Positions 38,389-51,709 of a stretch of 64,000 nucleotides of DNA are shown here, piece by piece. How positions within the stretch are numbered: position 1 is the first letter of the stretch; each line of letters begins with the position of its first letter. Under the pieces are notes generated by a model, which was given only the letters and a program-made list of their open reading frames with translations, searched no databases and was not told where the DNA came from. The position numbers and the translations under genes were made by a program. The stretch spans positions 946,931 through 1,010,930 of the forward strand of contig NMRA01000063.1 in assembly GCA_002633005.1 (NCBI GenBank). The letters are read 5' to 3'. The stretch comes from Phoronis australis (Eukaryota; Animalia; Phoronida).

Positions 38389-38773
38389 CCTGATTGTAAA
38401 AACTAACAATCATATCTGAGCTATTTATTGCGTCAACGGGGTCAGCCGATGAGTTAGACATCGCGATGTCGTCCTCGCCCATTTGACCGTGGCCCACAAC
38501 AGCCTCGTCATTTTGAAGTTTGCTGTACAAATCCAACATAAAATCCGGTGGCCGCTTCTTATCGTAGGCTTTGGACACTGGTCGAGGAGCATGATCCAAA
38601 CCTAAAACGCTTAAAATCTCTTCCCTCACTTCGTCCTTCTGTTTATGTCGAAGTCTTGGAATTGGAATTGTTTGTTGAAGGGAGTCGTCGGCGTAGAATC
38701 CAGTGGTGACAGTTTTTGTAAGACCTAGCCAGTCAGCGAGTAGTATCACGGCGTAAAGCCTGTTAAAACTCAT
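38389..38773 (-). CDS. BMP5-8: BMP5-8/gbb-type TGF-beta ligand, coding exon 1 (signal peptide and start of prodomain)
   Basis: ATG at 38773; hydrophobic N-terminus; motifs EVREEILSVLGLDHAPRP, PDFMLDLY and SDMIVSFYN; ends CAG G|GTGAGT (phase 1); 385 nt. Confidence 0.93.
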
Positions 38774-39140
38774 CCTCTCCAGCAGATCACAGCCACATGG
38801 AGAATCATTCAGTTATCGACAACTTTCACACAAGGTACTAGTCCTAGCTTATTCGCTAAGCCCTATTTATAATAGTCTATTGTGGTGAGTCGAAGCACAC
38901 TCATTATACGGCCGACATCCCACGAATTCAGCCGAAGACACTGTTTATAATGAACTCAGGACGCCGGCCACGGAAATGAACAAGCTCGTCTGTAGTAAGA
39001 CTTTATCAACAGATAAAATTCCTGGGGATTATATTGTCGCACGCAACGAAATCACAAGATCTTGTAAATAAGTTTTTCATTGGATATCAAGGTGATCCTA
39101 CGTAGATGAAGAAACTAGCTGAAATTTGCGCTCGCTTCTA

Positions 39141-39225
39141 GACTGATATCTTTGCACCTTAGGCGTGAGCTTTAAATAGCCCAAAGGATATTTTTTACAC
39201 TTAAAAATTAGCTACAGTTAATTGG
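39141..39225 (-). promoter_or_regulatory. Candidate core promoter of BMP5-8
   Basis: On the minus strand: CCAAT (39225-39221), TATTTAAA (39178-39171) and Inr-like TCAGTC (39146-39141), in the expected order ~370 nt upstream of the ATG; TATA spacing (-34) is slightly long. Confidence 0.4.
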
Positions 39226-40226
39226 TTTTTCTAGACTTTGCAAAAAAATTAGAGCAGTCAACACGCTCCGATATCCTTACATATTTTGCCCCGATTCTCG
39301 GGTCAGAGCTCTTGGCAGTTCACGTGGATTGACGACCCACTCACTGCAGTCACACTCTCTGCATGTAGGCACCAGCATTTCGACAGTCACTTTTTATTTG
39401 GCAGCTTTACTCACACACTGAGCAGGAATCAAGAGACAAATGTGTGTTACGTAATATTACAAAATTCTCCTTTAATGTTGAAAATTGAATGTCGTTGTTC
39501 TTAATATTCTTAGACGATTGCTATCTATACAAAACGATGTGCCGATATTTCATTGAATAATGAACAGGAGGCCTGCAGGCACAAATAACTAGAGCTTGTG
39601 TAGATTGAGCAGATGGCGAACTATCAGTTTGCCAACCTACTCAATTTTAGTTCACTCTTAAAAAACATACTCTCAAAAATAAGTTATTTTTTTCTGTTTT
39701 GACCCATAACTTCCAAGAAAGTGAACAAGTGGACAAAATCTCTACATACATGTGCTCAACATGGAATTGTTAATAGTTTGGTGCATAATTGAACCTTGAT
39801 CATATAAAGGTAGAACACGAATACAAAATGTGTAACGTTTTGAGTCTGTTGCTCTTTGTTAAAGGATGAGGCTGACTGCAGGACAGCGTATCAACAAATT
39901 GTGGTAAAAATGGAGGATTTAAACCTTGGATCTCTGCTTCAGAATGACGACTTTAATTTAAAGGGTTAATGCATTTCGTTCCGCCCATTTACAATCAACC
40001 TAAACATGAACATAAAAATTAATTCTCACAAACTTTTAGTGCCGTTCGCCATGATATCCATTTGTTTCTATCTTGAAAACTTGAAGTCATATGCCAATGA
40101 GTTGTAGACGCTCGATTTTGAATGGCTTACTGTATTCACTACCCCTTTTATTCGAATTTTTGTAGGACATTTTCATCGCAATGTGGAAAGGCTTGCGGCG
40201 CCAATTGTTACTTGAAAAACCAACCT

Positions 40227-40344
40227 CATAATACATGTATGCACAATACATGTATGCACAATACATTTATGCATAATACAGGTATGCATAATACAGGTAT
40301 GCATAATACAGGTATGCATAATATAGGTAGGCATAATACAGGTA
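40227..40344. repeat. 15-bp minisatellite (~8 copies)
   Basis: CATAATACAGGTATG. Confidence 0.92.
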
Positions 40345-41019
40345 TGCATAATATAGGTAGGCATTTCAGGTAAGAGAAAATAACTGGAAAAATAATTTAA
40401 GAAGCGTTCTTGACTAATGTTTGTACTAATATGAAAGGGGCTTAAGCAGTCATCTTGTCATTTCAAACTGGTACATAATTGTGGTGAACAATGCATTGCT
40501 AGTTCATTCACTTTGTCAAATCTCGATTTTTGACTAGTGTTTCCAAACTGTATTCTCTAAGCTTAAAACAATATCCCCATGTATTTGTATACCAGTTTGT
40601 AAGAAACTCCCGACATAACAGAGGCATGTATGCATGGTTCTCTAGTTTTCTCACGTTTTGTAGGAAAGAACGTCATACAAAAAAAACGAAAAAAAACAAA
40701 ACAACGCAATGAACGCAAGACGTGTCATTTAAACAAGCACCACGTTAATGGCAAATTCAAAAAGAATTGTTTTTACAATTAATCACTGCAATGACACTGA
40801 GCAAAACTGGTGTAAATCAGCAAGGTGACTAATAGAGAACAGCACTAGTAACTTAGAAACTTACTATTTTATCGTCTAGTAACACATGAATAACATCCAT
40901 TGACGTTGGAGATATCCAAAGCATTTCGTCCACACGGCAATTATCCTGATACAAACCATGTCAACTAATGTCAATTCAAGTTTGTATAGAACACTGTTAC
41001 ATTGCCCAGAACACTGCCT

Positions 41020-41560
41020 CGTGTTACTTATATGAGTAGTCTGGACATTCCATTCCTGCGTTGAGTTTGGGCGGGAGTTGCGGCGATACACGCCACCAAC
41101 GTTCTTCCGAATGTACGAGATCTGATTACTATGACGGATATCCAAATTCTTCCACTTGAAAGGGACATCATTGTAGCGCTGTTTTAAAACAGGCTTTGGT
41201 CAAAAATATTTTGTTTGATTTACCTCACACTGTGAAGTTGATTTCCCCTGTACAGTCTGGGCTTGGAAAACCTTGATTTTAGTACAAGTACGTTATAATG
41301 ATGGTAGTACAAACACGTTGTAATAATTACTTTGGACCAGGCTCAAGAAAACGATTTTATTCAAAGAGTGTCGTTTTATGCGCACATTCATGTCTCAAGC
41401 GATAACGATGAAATGAAAGTTGTTTCCACGAACCAAAGAACTTCTCTTAGTTTGAGTTAGAAAGAAGTTGGTGGCAGTTTACACCAGCACGTGTTTTGGC
41501 TGAGCTCAGGTTAATAGCACTTTCATTGAAGGGACATTATCATCGAGAAAAGTAATTTTG
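41020..41560 (-). pseudogene. Possible heavily decayed Gypsy-type integrase fragment
   Basis: Scattered frameshifted motifs KLREVLWF, EFGYP..SD and GV.RR.SRPNS..E..VQT; weak. Confidence 0.25.
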
Positions 41561-43334
41561 CGAGAACAACCTTAGCATGGAAACGCAGAACTTACCTGGG
41601 ACCCATGTGGTCATAGCCTAACGCTGTAGCCGCTGGCGGTGCTAAATCTCTACCGACTCAGTGGCAGAGTATTTTACTGCTAAGTGGGATCTTGCCAACA
41701 AGGTTGTGCGTTCAGCCATGTATCTATAAAAGAATAATATTTGATATTTAATTTAGCAAAAGTATTTACTGAAAGAAGAAAGCATGTGGAATTTGATATC
41801 TTGATTTAATACCAAAATGTCATTGATGGATCACGTCACCACGGCTTTTTATAAAATTTATAACAAAAAGAAAGGAACATTCAAATCAATTTTCCGTAAA
41901 CTTGAGAACGTTAATTTTTAGTCGGAATATATTAATGTTTTCTATAAGAGGCCTTTACTGTGGTTAAGAAGAGCAATGAGGCCAGTAAATTTCGTAATTT
42001 ACGATGAAACTAACTTAATGATTGACTTCCACGTAGAGCAGAAATTAAAATTTCGAAGTGTTTTGTTTTAAAAAATCATTTTAGCATCACTTAAAAATTG
42101 AAAGTGTTTAACTCACTACTAAGTTAAAATATACATAATGATAACCATAAGAATGAGTGAAGATATTTGGAAAGTGTCGTTGAGGTAAGACTGAGGATCA
42201 AAAACATTTGACAAAAAAAAAACAATTTCCTGTTTTACACAATTAACTTCAGGATCTGTTTTACGGCTGAAAACGCATTTTTGTGAATTTTGTTGTATGG
42301 AGTAGACTTACTGAAGTTATTAACTTTGACCAGACTTACATAACAACATTTTGGACTAGAGTTACGTAACAACAAAACAGTTTTTTGTTTTTGTGATTTC
42401 ATTACAAATCACCAATTCTCATCATTGTCTGCCAGACATTCACTGAAATCAAGGTGGGTGACTTCACCAGTTACGCAACTATTGCATTTGTCCAGTAGGC
42501 CTAGGATTTAGCTCGGCCAGCAAGGCGCTGAGCTGCGACTATTGAGGCTGTCAGTGTGATTCGGTGCAGGGGTTGGTATAAAAAAAAACAAATTTGCTAA
42601 CCAACGGTGACGTTAAGTAATGCTGACATGGCTTAGCGTATTTGCCTAGCATTGAAGTTCGTGCGCATTATTCGTAGTTGCATTTACTTTGAAATAATTG
42701 CTGTGGTGTTGAAAGTGCGTCATCTGGGAGTACCTTTAGACTTGATTATTTTTGCCTCACAATTTGTTTTGCCAGTGGCGTATTTCATTAATTTGAAGTT
42801 TCGAAAGAATACTTCGATCGCTTGTTACCTCTCTAAACCTTCCAATCATTTCACAGGACTCTTCACAAAAATGTACAAGATTCCACGTTTCTTCAACGAA
42901 AAATATTTTCCTATTTGTTTGGAGCATCGTGTCACCGCAAACTGAGCTGGACACTGAACAGAGCCATTGTCGAGTCATAAATATTGCCACTTCCCCCACG
43001 TTTGTCATGCTTTATTTTTGTGCCCACCCAGTAAGTTTCTCAAATCACGAAATCACATAATTGTACCCCCCAGCAAAAACCAAATTCCATGAAACAATCA
43101 ATCAATGGAAAATCAACGCGCGTTAATAAATTTAACTGACTTGTTTGCGAGTGTTGTATTCTCAAGCGGATTCTTCGCACAATGCGTGCCTTCATCCTGT
43201 CGCTTTGTGGATAGACGTTGTTCCAGCTCTCATAGCAATTTCTACCAACATTGTGTCGGGTTGATACCATTCAGAGCATAAAAACGCGTGTTATATTTAT
43301 GTAGTATCTGCTTTCAAAATGAATGGAAAAGAGG

Positions 43335-43492
43335 CACTGCTGTAGTGGGGCGTAGGCACACGTAGGCGCAGCCAACCACCTTTTTGCATTTGAACGTAGA
43401 GCCTACGCACCGTAAGTTACGTTCAGTGCTCAAGGTTATACGGTGGGCTTTGGGCGCCTCAACTTACCTATAATTTCACCACTACAGCACTG
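43335..43492. mobile_element. hAT-type MITE with canonical 8-bp TSD
   Basis: AAAAGAGG|CACTGCTGTAGTGG...CCACTACAGCACTG|AAAAGAGG. Confidence 0.9.
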
Positions 43493-46400
43493 AAAAGAGG
43501 ACTCGCAATGTCCCATCAAAAGTCAATTATGCAATTGTGAAATTGATAACTCTATCAACCAAATATGGCATAATCACCAACAACCGAATTCTTTGCAATA
43601 TTGCATCGACAACTGTTACGAAACAGGAATCAGCCTTTACTCAAAACCACGTAAGCATTAGCGGCACCTTTTAGTTGTGTTAAGAAGCACATCGGGTTTC
43701 GGTTGAATAAAAGTTGGATATAATAAATCAGACGTCGCAGTATCAAACGTCATGTTGCGATTGTTGAACAATGTACCTGACATCATGCAACGATCAAACT
43801 TATTCGGTGGATAAGTTTCAAAGTCTTAAAGCCTAACTTCAACGGAATTTTGTTACTTTAGATGTATTGGGCTAATCAGGTAGTCCTAGCAAATCCTAGC
43901 AAAATCAGAAAAAGTGACCTTAATCACTCAAATGTAGGCCCATCAAATGATAGGTGAAGTTGACTTTTCGTGCCATATTGCATCACTGCGAGATCCCAGC
44001 ACAAGTAACAAAAGGTCGATATAACAGTTGTATTCATTGAATAGGGCTCTGAAGCAGAACACCATTGCGTGCGGGTGTTATTCGCAGCTGTTTGAATTAC
44101 AAGGTGATTAAAAATGCGCCTAACAGTTTATTACCTTTGGTAATTTATGGCACCGACAGTGGGCTCAGAGAGACGCTCAACATACTGTAGTAAGCAAATT
44201 TACAGGTGTTGCCGTTCAAAACAAGGCTTTAAGCAGCTCAGTCCAGATCTATTCTTCAGTATTCATTCAAAACAAAATACAGCTGGTACTCAATATTAAC
44301 TAACCAACACGATGAATAACTAGTTGATAACCAAATATACAAATACGAAAAATGTTAGTACTTACTTTAATGGGGTCAGCACAGTTCGTCAAAAAGTCTT
44401 AAAGCTGTTGTTGTGTTACACTTACTAATTTGCAAAACATTTATAAATTACTTTTTAATACCGAATATGTTTGAATGCGGCCATGGAACACGCCATTACA
44501 GAACATAGGGAAGTAGAACCAATCCGTATTTCATGGCTATTTTTAATCTTGTTAATCTGAAATAAATCGATTCCCGACATATTGCTCCCAATAAAAACAG
44601 AAAAAAATCTTATTCAAATTCAACGTTTTGTTTTCAATGCATACAGCACACTTACACCACAGACGTCCTCACCTTCTGATCGCGTTCCCAATGCACTACA
44701 TATGATACTACAAGGTATGACACTCGGGACTAGAAATTCCACGGGTGCTTCGATTCAGCCATCCATATCAAAGACAAAACTCAATAAATTTACACAAAAC
44801 AGGAGATCAACAAACCATGAGCAATTGTACTTTCTTATAATATCATTCACGGTGACCTGCTCCGGCGAGTTCGCAAGAAATTAGCAGTCAAAGCACAAAA
44901 ATGTTCCCAAAAAGCCCAAACACCTCGCACGTTTGACGGTTCGAGGTCAAGGACGGAACGGAAATTACCGATGAGTTACGGATAGACGGCGTTATCGACA
45001 TCGTGACTGCGCGACAAACCTGGCGCGTGACACTTGAAAAATAGCATGGGAAGATATCAGGAGGAATTTGTGAGTTTTGTGTCCCTTCGACTTTTTGTTC
45101 GTTTTATAGGCGTGATTTCTCGTAACTTCCTCAAAATGGCACACGGTGAGAGAAACTCAAGCGAACCGCGATAGATTTTCACGGATATGCACAAGTTATG
45201 TTTACTAAATTGTATTCAGAGTCAGGGTATGTGTTAATTATAACTCCATGTGCATTTATGCATGTTTCATTCGATTTTATTTGTTTTATTTTATGAGGAT
45301 GTACTATCGCCCCTGCATGCCTGCGGCATCCAGGGCGATGTAATCGCCTATAGCAGCCGTGCCAACTGAGTCTGAGATTGCGTGAAAACTGAGGGTGCTT
45401 CTATGAGAGGAAGCAAGCATGACCTTATACAAAGGTCAGGTTTGTGATTATTTTAACGATTATTCCAAGTTTACGATACTGATACCTGTTAATTGAGGTG
45501 CTTGGCCGATGTCGACTTCGCGGCAGTCACCAGTCGGTGAATCATTGTTTGTTGTGATGACTGATGTGCGTTACGATACTTGACGTAGCACTCGGGATCT
45601 TTTCGTATATCAAAGCAGTATTACTAATGTTTGGAATGATTTCTAACAGGCTTATCAGTGACAGTTATATCAATCAATGCTGAATGTTTATGCTGTCAAC
45701 TCGATGATTATTTGTTAGTGGTGTAATATTACAATCCAAGGGCCAAAGGGTACGTGGCAAATATCCATTAGACTACTTTTTTACTCCCTATCCGGGAATC
45801 TATTACACGTTGACATGGAAATATATCATGTCGGTTTTTACCAGACCTTTGGTTTTTAGTTTTGAGGGCTAGTACCGTGTAGAGGAGATATGCGTCGCTT
45901 CTGCTACCGTTCCTGAATGGACAAAAATTGGTTTTAAGCAGTTGACTGCAGGCAGCTAACCAGCAACATCTTCCTATCCATTGCAGATCTGTTGTCAAAG
46001 TCTACTTTCTATATCGGAGACAAAGAACAAAGCCCTTGAAAAGGAACAACTATTTTTAAAGAAAGGTATGTATTAATTTACTTATTCAGGTCCTTAGCGG
46101 TAGGTTGGCATAGGCGGTTGGGGTTGTAAAATTTGGTGCAACTGAATATGTGGAAATAACAGGTAATAGTGTCCGGGGGGGGGAACATAGTGAGGTAATT
46201 CTTAAACTTCATGAAGTTCTTTCACATTTCATGAAACTGTTTTGCTATCCACTGTAAACCTCTAAAAATATATTACTTTCTCTGAATTCTCACCAACTGA
46301 ACAGTCGTAACTCATGCCTTGAAATGTTGCAAGTTGTTTATAAATTCACGTGACTGTCATTTTTGTGAATATTGCATTTTTGATGTAAACATACGAGTGA

Positions 46401-47014
46401 GGTCGTGTTTGAACATATTATTCTTACTGCCAATACGCAAACAATGGAGCCTCAGGATTTTTAATTACTCTTAAACAACAGAAAGATTATCCATCATTTT
46501 AAGTGACCCAAGTTTTCATATCCTCTATTAGAAGAAAAATAAAAAATCTAAGAAATGGTTCCGTCAGCCTCAGACCAAGAGTGTGCTTGACAGACCCATG
46601 AATCTGTAATGGGTGTTTATAATTGATGAAAGTATCACAAATCAAAAGGCTTGGAAATGGTACCAAAGGTCTGAAGTTGTCTGAAATAATTTGCATATTT
46701 TGTAGACTAGTGATGCGTTTAAAGAATTGTTATGGCTAGGAATAAAAAATAAAGATGCAGTTCTATACAAATCAACAATTATTAAATTATACACACCCTT
46801 GCTTTCAGGAAATAGTAATTATTTAATTTTCTGTGAAATCGTGAAGCAGTTACCATATCATATTTTTGAAAAACAAGGGCAACGTTTTTGATCCAACCTG
46901 ACTACTTAATTATTCAAGTTTCAACATTTGTTCCAGGTTCAGTAACATTTTTATTTTTAAGGCCATTTCAAGTTACAACATAGACAAGCTTTGTTTCTCC
47001 TTTCTCTTCCCACA

Positions 47015-47370
47015 GCATGTCGTCCACACACTAGCAGCGCTGCATGTCGTCCACACACCAGCAGTGCTGCATGTCGTCCACACACCAGCAGCGCTGCATG
47101 TCGTCCACACACCAGCAGCGCTGCATGTCGTCCACACACCAGCAGTGCTGCATGTCGTCCACACACCAGCAGCGCTGCATGTCGTCCACACACCAGCAGT
47201 GCTGCATGTCGTCCACACACCAGCAGTGCTGCATGTCGTCCACACACCAGCAGTGCTGCATGTCGTCCACACACCAGCAGTGCTGCATGTCGTCCACACA
47301 CCAGCAGCGCTGCATGTCGTCCACACACCAGCAGTGCTGCATGTCGTCCACACACCAGCAGTGCTGCATG
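47015..47370. repeat. 27-bp minisatellite (13 near-perfect copies)
   Basis: GCATGTCGTCCACACACCAGCAG(C/T)GCT. Confidence 0.97.
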
Positions 47371-48209
47371 GCACAATGTACAAACCAGTAGCCTTGGAGA
47401 AATGTGAATCGCAGTACTAAGTTACCACACGGAAATGTGTCAGTGGATTGTTTGTGTGTGAAGATTAACTACATCTGATTTCTACACCAGCTAGCCTCGT
47501 TGGTGAGGATGCCCTTTCATAGGCAATGAGTCATGTGTGGACAACAATGCCTTCTTTCCTTTCCTGGAAAAAACATGGGGGACTGAAGCTAAAGAAGACC
47601 TAGTAACACTCTGGTCTAGTTCAGAGTCAGATTTTGGGCACAAAACGAGTCAAGTGATATGCTGTTGTGTTTACCTTCAAGGATCTATTTGTGGACTTTA
47701 TTGAGGCTGAATGAGATTACATGAAGGAAAGCCACATGCCAAAACTGGACCTTTCTACAAGCGCTTCTACTGGTCAATGGAACTCAATCCTAGTGAAATG
47801 AAAACCAAAAGCATCTGGTATAAATACCTGTCCTTTTTCACTGAGTAACAGTAAATTTTTCCTTTCAGAAGAAAGGCTTTATGCTAATGGTAAAAACTTT
47901 TCAACTTGGTACGCATTATGCGTAAATGACATTCAGGGACTGCATCGATTGTCTTATTGTCAGTAAAATTCCCGTTAATTTTACACTTTGATGATCCAAT
48001 AAATTTTTTATCAACAGGCAAGTTTGTCACTAATTATTCAAAGCACAATATTTCTTCAGGTTTAAAGTTCCATACAGTGCAGTGTGCTGCTTCTTTATAA
48101 AGCTGAAGTGATTACTCTTGCGAATTGTCATTTTCATGTTGACCTATAATATTCCCTTTGATTGCATTTGATTTGTTTATGTGTGAAACTATTTTTAGAG
48201 CTTTCTTAA

Positions 48210-49856
48210 AGGAGAATGCCACCCGATTTAATTAGTCTTTTTTGCCGTCTTAATCGGTCTATATCCACTTCGCCTCGCATACAGTCGACCTTACCTTGCC
48301 AAGAGGTGTCGCGTTAACCTATGAGGAAGGTGAGAAACGACGCTAGCGACGTCAGTGGTTCATATGGAGAGTAAATGCCGCTATGTTGCGGTGCATCGTT
48401 ACCGCTTGTCTGAATTAAGCAGCTGCGAGGAAAGTGGGTATAGTTTTTTTTACTTCCTCGAGAGTCCGAAATGCTTAGGAAGTGGCGCATGGTAGTGAAG
48501 AATGAAATGTACGTTGTAAATAGCAAGTATGAAGCCGTGAAACATTTCAGTGTCTGTGGCCTGCAGACGTCGACAGTGCATGACGAATGCCGGCTTATCT
48601 AATAATTCCATACGTTCCGTTGTCTTAGCTTGCTCACGGCGCCTCTCTATTATTTCTTCATCACTGTATTCCTGTTCGAATTGATAGCCTGTAAAACTTA
48701 ACGATCTACCTGCGAAGTCTGATGAGCTCTAGCTCGTCCTAAGTCGGGATTGCGAGTTGCCATGTTGGCGTTTATTACTGAGCGTTCTATTCTCACCCTA
48801 ACCAATACTTATATAAAACTGAAACAAAGTCTGTCTCATTAGATGCAATTTGTAATGCCTTTGGAGTGTTCGTGAGTGCAAATGATTTGAGAAGCCAGCA
48901 ATTAATAAATCACTGCGTTACCGGCTTTAGGTGCATTACAACTAATTGACGGGACACCAAGGCCGTGTGAGCTCATGCTAATGTAGTGTTTGCTGGCAGA
49001 AACTGTTGTGAAACAACTCGATTTCTATCCTACGGCTAGGTGTTAGGGGAATCTTTATTTACATTTACATTACTCACATAATGATTGTCAATGTACAACT
49101 TCTGGCCTGACGGTGCTGTGGCCAAAGCGGAACCTAAATTCGCGGCCCCCTACGAGTAAGTAGATGTGCAGTTTCGTGGCTAATTCACCAACATAATCAG
49201 GTACACATTACTCTGGCTCACTAGTATAGTATTTTCTTGACTGGAAGTTTTGTTTCCACTGAACTTTGGCTGGTTTATGTTCGTGATGTCAGATCAGTTT
49301 CCTAGTCACTGGCCGGGATAATGAGTCAATCCGGCCGGCCGCGACGGGCCTGATCGGGCTCCGAGCCACTGGCCAGGATAACAAGCGTTTTGTGTTTAAA
49401 ACTCAAAAAATCACAAGTCTAAACAAAATCTAGTTTCTCCTGTCTGTATCTCACGGAAAATACTTCGAAATTATCTTCGAACAGACCCCAAACTCCTGCT
49501 ACGGACCTTATTGCCCTGCCGAACTTTGTAGGCTACGGTGTGTCCAAATAACAATAAATCCGTAAGAGCGAAATAAAACAACACGTTTTTATAAAAAAAT
49601 CGGTGTATTCTTAAGGGTTTTACAACGAAGTTTGATAATTTATTGTTGTTAAATGATGACTTCAAGAGAGAAGCTTACACCAGTAACCCGTGTTGTGAAC
49701 TGCTGAACAGACTGCGTGTGAAACCGATGACGTCATTGGATAATTTCAACGCCTCCGTCTGCCGTCAGGTGTCAGGTAACGCAACCGTACGTGTCGTTAT
49801 GGAGTAGAACTACTCGATCTAAATTGATACAAATTAGGTTGTTTTTTGGGTGGCAA
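48210..49856. mobile_element. Kolobok-type non-autonomous transposon, copy B (inverted relative to copy A)
   Basis: TTAA|AGGAGAATGCCACCC start; colinear reverse-complement similarity to 10508-11620 and 12200-12558; THAP remnant on + at ~48375-48570 (..LRKWRMVVK..SVCGL). Confidence 0.8.
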
Positions 49857-50119
49857 GTTTTAAGTTTTGTGTTATTTTATCTATAACAAAATTAACACAT
49901 GCAAGCAAAGTATGTTTTCAGTTATTGCTATCTGGATAAGAATCTGCTATGCATAAGATTCAGAATATACAATAATCAGTGTATTTCAAAACACAATGGC
50001 AAACTGAACAACCACATATATACAACGGAAAAACATTATTTGTTAAAAACAATTGTAATTTTCCCAATGTAAAAGAGCCCATAATCAGTGATATCAAGGG
50101 CTGACTTTCTGAATTGAGA

Positions 50120-51601
50120 GGTTCAATTCCCTGAGGTTATTGCTGAAGGACTGCTTTTCACTTTGTCGAAAGGTAAAGTAGACGGTAATGCAGCTGGTTT
50201 TAGTCGTTTCCTCTCATCTGTAACAGTGAAATATTTCTGCAAATTGTAAAAGAAAACACAAGATAAAACTACTTTTGTAAGGCAGAACATACTTGACATT
50301 CCAACTTAATGTTTATATGTAGAAACTAATAATCTTTGAATTAAAATATATGAAACAGGCAAAAAGTGATTTAAGAATGTGTATTTTTCATGACACCTAA
50401 AATGTGATCCTGATCTCAACAAATAAAATTCATTCTAGATGTCAATATTTACTCCAATGCAATGTTACGAATTTACTGAATAGCTCATTCGTGCTAATTC
50501 GGTAACTAATCTGGAAGTCCTGGGGGTGGGTTCCGCTATAAAACGAGGAAAATCACTCATCTAGAGAATTTCATTGGACGTAGCATAGTTTTGTAAAGTA
50601 ACTGCTGTGAAAAAGTCACCATTGACTTCTGAGCGACACGTCCCATACACCTCTTATATTGTGAGCACTCCCACCTAGGACAGTATTTGGACATGCGCTG
50701 CTAGCCTACCATGCGGGTCCCGGGTGAGTTTCTGAAGAGAAATACTTAGTTCCACTTAATAAACCCGTTATTCAGTGAGTAACTGGTGGGGATAACATCA
50801 CTGAGCGATGTCGACAGAAACTGAATTGCTAAAAACTTACCAAACTTACCAAGTAACGTGATTATGTAGTCTCTCAATGGGAATGCATAGAGCACACACA
50901 CGGGCGTGAGGCTTCGGCATCTACACATTTTTTGTCATTTGGTGGACCATTTTGACCGCAATTCTCCACGCCTATAGTAACCTTAGGTCTTTCGGGAACT
51001 TGTCGAAGATTTGCACCCACGAAAATAGCACTGATAAGGCTTAGCCAGTGGCAGAGTTAGGGGGGGAAGGGCCCATGTCCCCCCTAAAATTCTCCAAGAT
51101 TCCATTTGGCAGTTCGGGGTGCGAATTGCTGACTAGCATATACGCGCACCCAGGGGTCTCGGGAGCGAATGCACAATGCATACGCCTTGAACAATCCCCG
51201 TTTTTTAATCTAGTCATAAGGTCCACAAACACAAAAACTCAGACTCCCTACATCCCTACATTTTAGGCTGGGCGCGCGCATGAGGCTGGTTATTCTTGTG
51301 CCCTGCCCCCTCCCCCCAACTCAAAATCCTAGACCTGTTAGCTTGACGACGTATTTTGATAACATTAGTCTTTTTACCAGCTGTTTACATGCAGACAGCG
51401 ACGCATGCGCAATTCAATCACAACTAGTACAGCAGCGACACCGCATCGAATAGACCCTTTACAATGACATCCGTGTGAGAGGCCCTGATCAATGCATTGC
51501 CATTTTAGCGTGTCGACCTCTTCATGGGAACCTTGAGAATCCGTTTGATGATCAAATGCAATAGTACCACTGTAAGAAAGGCTAATACAGTTTGTCGCCA
51601 T
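50120..51601 (-). pseudogene. Double-THAP transposase N-terminal remnant
   Basis: First THAP from ATG 51601 (MATNC..RFP..KW); second THAP ~51010-50870 (FDKFPKDLRLL*AWRIAVK..PKPHARVCAL); exon after tttgcag at ~50238 gives RKRLKPAALPS (AVPT-box-like); stops and frameshifts. Confidence 0.65.
51046..51337. mobile_element. hAT-like MITE inserted between the two THAP remnants
   Basis: CAGTGGCAGAGTTAGGGGG...CAAAATCCTAGACCTG; 5-bp duplication TTAGC; internal sequence shared with 4001-4157. Confidence 0.8.
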
Positions 51602-51709
51602 GTCAGACCAACAAGTGTTTTCTCCCCAAGAAATGGTCCATGAAGGTCTTTCTGCTATTCTTGTCGGAGGAAGGTTGCAAAACTGTCCTTAAAAATGTCC
51701 CGTTCTGCT

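Noticed and set aside
42652-43270. Possible Mutator transposase C-terminus (..ESWNN..)
   Set aside because: One weak motif only, with no catalytic residues or termini recognised.
47015-47370. Regular repeat array as a CRISPR, and its six overlapping ORFs as separate genes
   Set aside because: Units are head-to-tail with no unique spacers, there are no cas genes, and the context is eukaryotic; open frames are expected from a stop-free 27-bp unit.
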